Assembly (NCBI GenBank): GCA_964016885.1
Contig: OZ024740.1
Location: 355,880,001-355,944,000, forward strand
Length of the DNA: 64,000 nt
From: Eledone cirrhosa
Lineage: Eukaryota
Reading direction: 5' to 3'
The notes under the pieces were generated by a model that did no database searches, had not been told where the DNA came from, and saw only the letters and a list, made by a program, of their open reading frames with translations. The position numbers and the translations under genes are program-made. Positions within the stretch are counted from its first letter, which is position 1. Each line of letters opens with the position of its first letter. Positions 53,860 to 64,000 of the stretch are shown piece after piece.

Positions 53860-53869
53860 GTATGTATAT

Positions 53870-54045
53870 AAGAAAATGAGGTTTTTTAAATAAAAAAACG
53901 AGCTGCCCTACACAGGTGAAAGTATAAGGAAAAGAAATAGGAAATGCAACTGGAGTCTATTTAAGAATATTTATTTATTTTCTTTATAGGTTTCACAGTA
54001 GTTATCGCTTTTCAAATGTATAATTGAGATGGAGGGTTTGTGGTT
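53870..54045 (-). mobile_element. Probable PLE terminal repeat remnant with decayed HHR (second copy)
   Basis: Homologous to 38775-38968; HHR-like fold at 53982-54018; 3' end abuts a TA-rich tract. Confidence 0.5.
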
Positions 54046-54438
54046 GGTCTCGCATCTGATTCGTGTTCGGAAGTTCTTTCTTTCTTATGTGGAAAGAGAG
54101 GTACGAATTGCTGGGTTTTTAAAAAAAATTAATTTCGTTGGTTGATGACTGTCATGTGAATAAGTACAATAAATTTCGTACCAGTTCGTGTTGTATTTGC
54201 TTTTAAAGATGTGGTTCAAATTATTGTTTTTTTATAAGTGTAATTTGGTTGGTTGATGACTGTCACGTGAATAAGTACATCAAATTTCGTACCAGTTCGT
54301 GTTTCAGGGTTCTTTATTGCCATTTTAATTGTTAGACACAGTCACATGTGATTGTATGTAAAAATTCAAACTTTCAATTGAAATAAATTAAATATTTGTG
54401 TCGATAGTGGTGGTGGCAGGGTAGAAAAGAGAAATACA

Positions 54439-54511
<73 letters not shown>

Positions 54512-54724
54512 CAAAGTGGTTTATCGTCTTGATAATAGAAATAAAAATGATTCCATTAGTAGAAATGGAAAAGGGTGTTATGTGTGTGTGCATGTGCGTG
54601 TGTGTATGGGGGGTTTGATTAGCATGTTAAGGTGTTAAAATATTAACGTATGTTAAAGTATATTTAGCTCTGGTCTTTTATTTTCGAATGTAGAGAAGAG
54701 TGTTATGTGTGTGTGTGTTTGACA

Positions 54725-56330
54725 ATACCAGAAAAACTTAATTAAAAAGTAACGCGATTATTTAACATATTTTGAATGCTAAACCACCAACCTTTACGGA
54801 CTTCCGAAGATCCACAAGTGTAAAACAATTAACGATGAATGTAATGAATCAACCTCAGCTACATAAACATACAACACTCCACTGACCTTAAATTAAGACC
54901 AATTGTAGCGGGCCCACAATGTGAAGCACATAGACTTTATAGACATACTACTAAAACCAATTCTCAAACACATACCAAGCCTTGTAAGAGACGACCTGAA
55001 GCTCTTAAACGCCCCTCCCCAAACATGTCAACAATCACACTATTATTGTGTCTTTGTAGTGAACCTGTACATGATGATCCCATACCAATATGGACTAGAA
55101 GCAATAGGATTCTAACTTGAAAAATACCACAATGAGATCGCAGAAAGAATAGAAAAAAGCTTCATCACCGCGGGATTAAAATTCATTTTACAAAACAACT
55201 TTTTTGATTTCGATGGCAGCACTTACAAACAAATATCGGAGACTGCGATGGGTACAAAAGTCGCTCCAGCTTACGCCAACTTAGTCATGGTATACTTTGA
55301 AGCCCAGATATATGAACATTTCAAATTAAAATAAGGCTTGAACTTCCACAAATATTCATCAGATTGGAAACGCTACTTGGATGACTGCCTTATTGTATGG
55401 TCTCACACTCTCGACCAACTAAATGAATTCAAAAATTTAATTAACAGCATCAATAACCACATCCAATTCACAATGGAATACAGTCAAGACTAACTCCAAC
55501 TCCCATTTCTGGACATCTTAATCATAAAAAAGACACAAATATTGAAACTGACATCCACTACAGACCAACAGATTCCAAACAATACCTGCTATTCACCCCC
55601 AGCCATCCAAAGCACACGAAGACGAAAATCCCTTTTAATCTAGCAAGAAGAATTTGTACAATTGTCTCCAATTATGAAACGTAGAATAAAAGACTTCAAG
55701 AATTAAAGGAAATTCTGCACGAAAAACAGTACCCACCATTATCAATAGATAATGGAATAGAAAGGGCTAAAGCAATAGATATTGAATAATTATGAAAACC
55801 AAAACAAACTCAAGGTACGTCCAATATTCTATCCTATATCTCAACACACAACCCAAGAAATACGGAAGCATACAACATTGATCACAAGAACATCCCACTA
55901 TTGAAACAAGATCCAAGAATGAAAGAAAACACTTGAAACACACAAAATAATCAAAAGCAAAAGACAACCTAAATCACTAAAAACATTACTCCGCAATGTC
56001 AAATTACCCACCATAAACCCAAAACCAACTGTAAAAAGTGTGGTGCACTCACCTTATTGAAGGCACAATGTATACATTTCAATCAGGACAAAATTTTGTT
56101 GTAAAAAATCATTTCACTTGCTCATAAAAAAATGTACTTTATGCCATTAAATGTAAAGGATGTAATGAATATTATATAGGGCAAACTAAGCTCACTCTCA
56201 GAAACAGTATGACAAGACATACCACTCAGTGGACATCTAGACATATGTGCAACCAAAATAACACCCAAATTCCAAGTCTTCACACTTTATTTTTGCACTG
56301 ACAATACAACAGACCAAATACGAATAAATA
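54725..56330 (+). pseudogene. Decayed Penelope-like (Neptune-like) RT + GIY-YIG, truncated by an RTE copy
   Basis: FYGLPKIHK, LRPIVAGP, TAMGTKVAPAYANL, WKRYLDD, PFLD, SHPKH, VLYAIKCKGCNEYYIGQT; many stops and frameshifts. Confidence 0.85.
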
Positions 56331-57178
56331 AAGAAAAGTTCAGAGAGCTTATACTATTGGGCACTAAAGCTTTCTCTCCAACAGCAATGTTGCATGGCAG
56401 TGAGACATGGGTATTGAGTGCAGAACATCTGTGCAGACTGGAGAGGAACGAAGCATGCATGCTCCGTTGGATGTGTAATAGTAATATACGTGAACGGCAA
56501 AGCATAAATGAACTAAGTGAGAAATTAGGAATAAGAGGGATCAGATGCTGTTTACTCGCAAGAAGACTACGTTGGTGTGGTCACGTGATGTGCATGAAAG
56601 GCGACAGCTGTATAAAAAAGTGCAGGGCGATCAAAATTGATGGAAGTTACGGAGTAGGTAGACCCAGAAAAACCTGGGACGATTTGATAAATTCCGACCT
56701 TACGCACACCTCTCTAAGGCAATGTCACTGAACTGAGATCTTTGGCGCTACGCAGTAATACATAAGACCAGCCTTGCCTATGTACAAAGCGAAACCTACA
56801 GTCAGTAGGCACCTCTTAACCAAATATACATCCCCATACCACTACCCCTACTCCACCCCCATCCCCACCAACACCACCCCTTTCTCTGTAAAGTTATGTT
56901 GGTACCACAATATCCAGTCCAAAATAAATGAGGTAGTGTAGATGTCACGACAAAAAAAGAAAAAATCACACAGTCCACGCTGTAATGTGGCCGTGTAGGT
57001 AACACAGTAAAAAGTTCCCAGTCCACACTGTAAATGTGGTTGGTGTTAGGAAGGGCATCCAGCCGTAGAAAACCCGCCAGACAGTCTTATGCGAGCAAGG
57101 CAACCAATCTTGCCTCAAGTGGGACAATTCCCGTCTAAACCCATGCTAGCATGGAAGATAGACATTAAACGATGATGA

Positions 57179-57182
<4 letters not shown>
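56331..57182 (+). mobile_element. RTE-clade LINE 3' fragment
   Basis: HGSETW...RLRWCGHV...GRPRKTW, same 3' UTR and (GAT)n tail as the 9913 copy. Confidence 0.9.
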
Positions 57183-57222
<40 letters not shown>

Positions 57223-57868
57223 CATATTATGTATGTGTGTGTGTGTGTATTATGTTGGTTCCACAACACTTCCACTGAAAAGTGGTCGTGTAGGTGTCAT
57301 GTCAAAAAGCACCCAGAATAGACTGTAAATGTTGTTGGCAATCACTGTTATGGAGATATGAGATAACACTAAGACTCTCTACTAACATGAGATCAGCATA
57401 ACTCTGCATAACTCTCCAAATTTACTAGGATGAGGCACAGCTGAATCAATCAATTCCTATCAGATCACCACAATCTCACATAATTCCTCAAATTTGCCAG
57501 GATAAATCAATTCCTATCTCTATGAAATCACCATATACCCACATAACTGCCTGAATTTGCCAAGATGGGGTACAGTTGAATGAACCACTCAATTACTTGC
57601 CTAATATTTAATTTATTGCTGCACTCTCCAAGGTGAACTTGATCTGAATAAGATTTAAACTTAGGAAGTAGAGTACAAAATTAGATGATGTAAAGGCTGC
57701 CCCACTGCTTTTCAGTAATTAAAATAATTAAATTTTTAAACATTGGCATAACGTCACACATTTTTAGGGGAGTGGGGAGATATAAACCGAGTAAAGTATA
57801 TGACTAATTCTTAGTTTAATTTGAATATGGAGAAATGAAATTACGTATTGCAAAGATTTTAATGCAGA

Positions 57869-57910
<42 letters not shown>

Positions 57911-58277
57911 ACCATGCTTTCCAGCATGATTACGTCCCTTTACGGTCTGAGTTCAAATCCCGTCGAAGTTAACTTTACCTTTCATCCTTACGGGGTCGAT
58001 AAACTAAAGTACCAGTAATGCACTGGGTAATTGCTGGCCTTGTGCCAAAAGTAGAAACAATTATTATTATTATTATTAAGGGCGGTGAATTGGCAGTATC
58101 GGTAGAGGGTTGGACATGCTTTCTAGCATAGTTATGTCCCTTTACGATCTGAGTTCAAATCCCGCCGAGGTTAACTTTGTCTTTCATCCTTACGGGGTCG
58201 ATAAAATAAAGTACCAGTAATGTACTGGATATTTGCTGGCCTTGTGCCAAAAGTAGAAATAATAATTATTATTATTT

Positions 58278-58772
58278 TCCCCACCACCCTCCTTTATCCG
58301 GGAATGGCAGGTAGTTTTTATCAGCCTGGTGGCCATGGTGAAAGAGGTCGTATGGTAGATGTGTCTGAAAGGGTTGAAGATGGGCACTTTCCTCGACATT
58401 CCCTTTAACTTTTTCAGGTTTCACCTGTAAAGGAAAATCAGGGTGGAGAGGGGAGTGCTGATTTCCATTTAATTTGTCAAAAGGTGGATGAGAGAGGCAA
58501 GAATGGTCCATGTGAATGGGCCTGCCCTGAGCATGTGCTTGTAGTTTTGAAGGAGGACAACTGAGAGAAGGTGCTTGCCTTAGCTGTCAGGGTGACTGTG
58601 GCGTTTGTGGAGTTTAGTTATATTTGTTTTTTTTTTAATGTTTATTTTCTTAATCTGTTATAAATTTTATTTGACACAAAAAAATCCACAATGTATCGTC
58701 CTGTACTGTCTTTAATGTCTCCTTAATGTGAGCCCTGTGTGGCTAATAAATAAATCATTATTATTATTATTA
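58278..58772 (+). mobile_element. 3' end of a non-LTR element (possibly Tx1/L1-like) between (ATT)n tracts
   Basis: Coding-like GC-richer segment (FISLVAMVKEVVW...), T-rich UTR, AATAAA then (ATT)n; clade call is weak. Confidence 0.4.
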
Positions 58773-59539
58773 GTCTGGTGGTCGTGGGAGTGATAATGAT
58801 GGTGGTGAGGATATAACAATAGGCATTTAAGGCCATTTACCTGCTAATGTTGGCACTAGTCTTGTAAGCCCCACGACAGGTATCATAGTCATTGTGGAGT
58901 CCTTTTTGAGGCAATGTTTTACATTTGGATGCCTATCCTTATGTCAACCCTTTCAGTCCCCTCTTATGATAGGCAAGGATATGGAGTACCTATTCTCCAC
59001 CAGATATATGTACACACATGATGACATTAATAATAATTATTTGTTTATTGGCCACAAGGACCAAGATAGAATTGATAATAATGATTTCTACTATAGGTAC
59101 AAAGCTAACAATTTGGGGGGAGAGGTTAAATCAATTAAATCGACCCCAGTGCATTAATGGTGCTTTATTTTATTGACCCCATAAGGATGAAAGGCAAAGC
59201 CAACCTCGGTGTGATTTGAACTCAGAACGTAAAGGGCCCTAACTCTATGCTATGAAGCCTGTTGTCTGATGCTCTGCTGATACTGCCAATCCACCACCCT
59301 AATGACATTAATAATAATAATTGTTTCTACTTTTGGCACAAGGCCAGCAATTATCCCAGTGTATTACTGGTACTTTATTTTATCGACCCCGTAAAGATGA
59401 AAGACAAAGTTAACCTCGGTGGGATTTGAACTCAGACCATAAAGGGCCGTAACTGCAAAGCACCATGTCCGACTTTACCGATACTGCCAATCCACTGCAC
59501 TTAATAATGATAATGATAATAATAACAACAATAATGTAT

Positions 59540-60870
59540 TGAGAAAAGTGCTATGATAGAAATGAAATGTGAAAAATTCAGAAAAAGTGTTGGGATCATT
59601 CGACCTGAAAGAGAGAAAATAAAATACTTACTATATAGAAGAAGCATATATGGATATAGGAATACTGAAAAGTAAAAAAAAATTAGAAGTGCAGAAATGA
59701 AGGAAGTCCTCAGTAAAGAATATTTCCATAGAATTAAGAAGAGTTTAAATCCAAATTGAGTGTCAGAAATGTTATAAAAGCAATCAACTCAAGGGCTCTA
59801 TCTCTAATAAAGTATGGGGGAGAAATAATTGGCTGGAGAAATGAATTGAAGGATATTGACAAAAGGATGAGTAAATTGTAACAATGCACAGAAATATGAC
59901 CTTCCCTCTCTCCCAATCAGATAAGGATCTATTATACAGGAAAAAAGCAGAACATAGAAAGGGGTGTGGCTGATGAATGCTGAAGAGATGGTCAAACTAG
60001 AGAAAGCAATGTTGTTTGGAAGAGAAGGAATATATTTTTTTCTGGGAGGCATTAACAGAAAGATGATATACAAAGTCAATAAAGCCCAAACGAGAAGAGT
60101 ATGAACCCAGAAAAATTTGGAAAAAGAAGTCAAACATTGAAGGAAAGAAGCTCCATTCTTCAAGGAAACAAAAGAGGTAAGGGACAAGAACAGCTGGTTT
60201 AGTTAAAGAAAACGTTATTGCAGAGAGAAATTGAAGGATTGATCTTAACAGCACAGGAACAGGCTTTAATGATCAGGAGAATGATAAATGAGCAAGATTA
60301 TTCACCTAAATGTTAAATGTGTGATAAAACTGAAAATACCATAGCTCACATAATTTCTGACTGTTCAAAGTTATCTCAAAATGAGTACAAAAGGTGTAAT
60401 TATGATAAAATAGCTGCAATGATTCAATGCAATTGTTGCAAGAGATTTGGCTTTGCATGCACAGAAAAGAGCTACGATAATTTTGGGGGACAGAAAGGAA
60501 AGTTCTGGAAAACAATGAAGTGATTACTATGGGACTTTTCCATTCAAACCAAAAAGAAAATACAGCACAATTCATATATTGTGACTGTTGATAAAATGAG
60601 GAAAGTGTGCCTAATAGTTGACATAGCATGCCCATTTGATACTAGAACATTATTTGAAATATAAAATCCTCAACTGTTGGAAAAAGACATTGACTAAGTT
60701 ATGATTTTGTTAATTGTCATCAGAATCTTGGGAACTGTGACAAAGAATTTGATGAAAGCAAACCTTAAACTAAACCTTAATCTGGGAATAGATGTAGCAC
60801 AAAAGGTTGTTTAACTCGATCAGCAAGAATCATTTGTTTGGATAGTCCTTGATATAAACTGAGGAGTGCT
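59540..60870 (+). pseudogene. Decayed R4/Dong-like non-LTR ORF
   Basis: KEYFHRIKK...IKAIN...LKDIDKR, CCHC remnant C..ENTIAHIISDCSKL..YKR..DKIA, IVDIACPFD. Confidence 0.65.
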
Positions 60871-60979
60871 ATGAATAGTATGAAATACCTTGATAGGAGA
60901 AAGGACAAAATGCCAAGGATTCTGGCTACAACATCAATACCATGTTACTTAATAATCATAATAATAATAATAATAATAG

Positions 60980-61645
60980 AACAAATCCTTACATGGCCAT
61001 TACCTAAAAAAGCTGAATAAAGAGGTAGTAGAGAAGTCAAATACATAAAACTGGTGATGAAGCACTGGAATAAAAAACAAGACTGAAGGATTTCTAATTG
61101 CAGCACGAGATCAAAGCCTCCCCACCAGAAACCACAGAATATGTGAAGGTGAGAAAGAAACAATTGACCACATTTTCTCTGGTGGCCCAATCTTAACTAA
61201 ATAAGAATATATCCACAGACATGATAGAGTTGAGATTTACATATACTGGAAGTTATGCCAACACTACAAAATACCAACAGAAATTCGCACAAGAAAAGGT
61301 GAAGTGTCAGAGAATGACAAAACGACCATATAACTGGAATATATCAAAACACAGAGAGGGAGATCAAAGCCAACTAAATGAATATTATAGTCAAAGACCA
61401 CAGACGACAATATATCTACCAAGGAAATGGAGAAATTATCCAAATACAAAGATATAGAGAGAGAAATAGCTCAAATTGCGATGGTGAAAACAGAAACAAT
61501 CCCTATAATAATAGGTGCTCTGAGAATGATAAAAATACACTAGGAGATACATAACCAAAACCCCCAAACTTCCAAATATATTCAGCATACAAAAATAGCT
61601 CTATTAGACACTACACACATATTATGAAAAGTACTCTCAATATAA
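60980..61645 (+). pseudogene. Second decayed R4/Dong-like 3' fragment after (TAA)n
   Basis: HGHY...TEGFLIAARDQSLPTRN...ETIDHI...EYIHRHDRV...TIPIIIGAL; preceded by (TAA)n at 60959-60978. Confidence 0.65.
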
Positions 61646-64000
61646 TAGAAACAACACCACCAAAACCCATACTGCACAGGACCATGCTCAGTAATGCAGT
61701 GATAACAATAAAAATAAGACTAATAATTGTTTCTACTTTTGGCACAAGGCCAGCAATTACCCAGTGCATTACTGGTACTTTATTTTATCGACCCCGTTAG
61801 GATGAAAGGCAAAGTTAACCTCGGCGGGATTGTTTCTACTTTTGCAAATTGAAAGAAAGGTGAAGTCGATTAAATTGCTATCAGTACATCACTGGTACTT
61901 TATTTTATCGATCCTGTAAGGATGAAAGGTTAATCTAACCACAATTAGATTTGATCTCACAAAGCATTTTGTCTAACACCCTATTGATACTGCCAATCCA
62001 CTGCCCTCGTTAATAGTAATAACAATAATTGTTTCTACTTTTGGCACAAGGCCAGCAATTACCCAGTACATTACTGGTACTTTATTTTATCGACCCCGTA
62101 AGGATGAAAGGCAAAGTTAACCTCGGCGGGATTTGAACTCAGACCGTAAAGGGACGTAACTATGCTGGAAAGCATGGCATCCGACTCTCTACTGATACTG
62201 CCAATAAGTGTTTCTACTTTAGGCACAAGGCCAGCAATTACCCAGTGCATTACTGGTACTTTATTTTATCGACCCCGTAAGGATGAAAGGCAAAGTCAAC
62301 CTCGGCGGGATTTGAACTCAGATACTGCCAATAATAACAGTTTTTTTTATTAGCCAAAATAAAGCATGATGTTGGGATCAATAATAAGGATTTTTGTTTT
62401 ACCTTTTATCATAGAATGTTAATGATGTGCCAAGAAGGACAGCTTCTAAGTGGTTGCTTAACATTTTAGAAATAACAAACAAATATCCCTTAAATCCCAC
62501 TTTACTGTTTTAGAAAACGAACACATTGGATTAGGTAGATCCTGATATACTCTGCCTGAAAAAATATGGGATGGTCATGGCTAGAAAATCTTTATTCACA
62601 AGCTTGCTTAATTAGGGGCTAAACAACAATACAATAATAATTGTTTCTAACAAGGCCCCAACTTTAAAGACAAAGAAGACAATAGTCCATTTAATCAAAT
62701 CTTGAACTTCACTTGTACTTTATTTAATCAAACTTGGACAGAGGAAGGGCAAAGTCTTCAATAACGAGAGGGATATGTTTGGAACTCTATGGGGTCTGCA
62801 CTTATGACTTAAAAATAATGGCTTCTCATTTAGAAACAAGACCAGTGGTTTGTGGGAAAGGGAAAATCAATTATAAAGATGCTAGTACTTGACTGATACT
62901 TCATTTTATTGACATTGGAAGGATGAATGTCAAAGTTCACCCCAGTGGTATTTGAACTCAGACCATAAAGAACTGAAGCACATATCTTAGGGCATTTTTC
63001 CTGTAGCTCTAACAATTCTACCAATCCACTACTTTGAGATATAATTGTTTCTACTTTTGGCACAAGGACAGCAATTACCCAGTGCATTACTGGTACTTTA
63101 TTTTATCGACCTCGTATGGATGAAAGGCAAAGTTTAGCTTGGCGGGATTGGAACTCGGATCGTAAAGGGACGTAACTCTATGTTGGAAAGCATGTCTGAC
63201 CCTCTACCGATACTGCCAAATGATGATGATAATAATAATAATAATTCCTTTATTATCCCCTATGGTAGAAATTCTAGGACAATACAAATAAACAAGGACA
63301 TTGAAGTTTTAAATAAAATAATTAAATGGAAAAATTAGGTAACAAAGCAACAATAAATTAATAGCAACAATATTTCCAAATAGGATTGGGGTTGGATAAT
63401 AATAATAATAGTAAAAATGACAATAATAATAATGATGATGCTAAATAAATAATTAAATAAATAGATAATTTGTGCTATTTGCCACAGAGATAAGGGATGA
63501 GGCAATATTACAGGAACAATTTAAATGCCAAATAGTGTTATGTTAAAATATAGCAATAACTCTAAGAACAGTAATGATAATCGCAACAGCAATAATAATG
63601 AAAAATCAAACAGCATTTGATTGTTATGTAGAATTAAAATTTAAAATGGAATTAGAAATAATGAGAGAACTTACATGCATGTAACCCAAGTTTGACTCAT
63701 AGTTGTTTTAGAAGATGTTGCAAGTCCGATTAATACAATTATTTGTAAATTAATAACCAACTTATCTATCAGATTTATCCTTTTTTATTCCCTTTTTTAA
63801 AATTTCCATTTCATATATTGAGAAATTCTTTGATAGTCTTCATTGAAGTAATATCGTTTTATCTATGTCCAATATGATATAAGAAATTGTATACATATAT
63901 CTCTATATTCTTTTTACTTATATATAACTATATAATGTATCTCCTGATACATATGCAAGTACATATAAGTGTTTACAATCAATATATTTTTGTTTTTATA

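Overview
AT-rich eukaryotic (metazoan) repeat-dense genomic DNA. The SINE families, long (TA)n/(TGTA)n microsatellites and RTE LINEs suggest an octopus/cephalopod genome (inference). No host protein-coding gene can be supported; almost all recognisable coding sequence is transposon-derived. The main object is a near full-length Penelope-like retroelement (PLE, 29024-32809): an RT + C-terminal GIY-YIG ORF broken by one stop and one 2-bp deletion, flanked by 208-bp direct pseudo-LTRs. Each pLTR carries a non-canonical type I hammerhead ribozyme (HHR) with an extended stem II. The window holds at least four distinct HHR-bearing PLE-type termini: a canonical minimal HHR at 13112, the variant-core HHRs at 14475/29041/32619, a 345-bp palindrome with an HHR on each strand at 18966-19310, and decayed U3-A8 HHRs at 38905/53982. 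Their 3' ends abut (TA)n microsatellites. Also present: a complete hAT (Buster/Charlie) transposon with TIRs and 8-bp TSD, several RTE LINE 3' copies (one shows a PHD-type finger inside the RT), R4/Dong- and CRE-type restriction-like endonuclease LINE fragments, tRNA-derived SINE clusters, MITEs and minisatellites.
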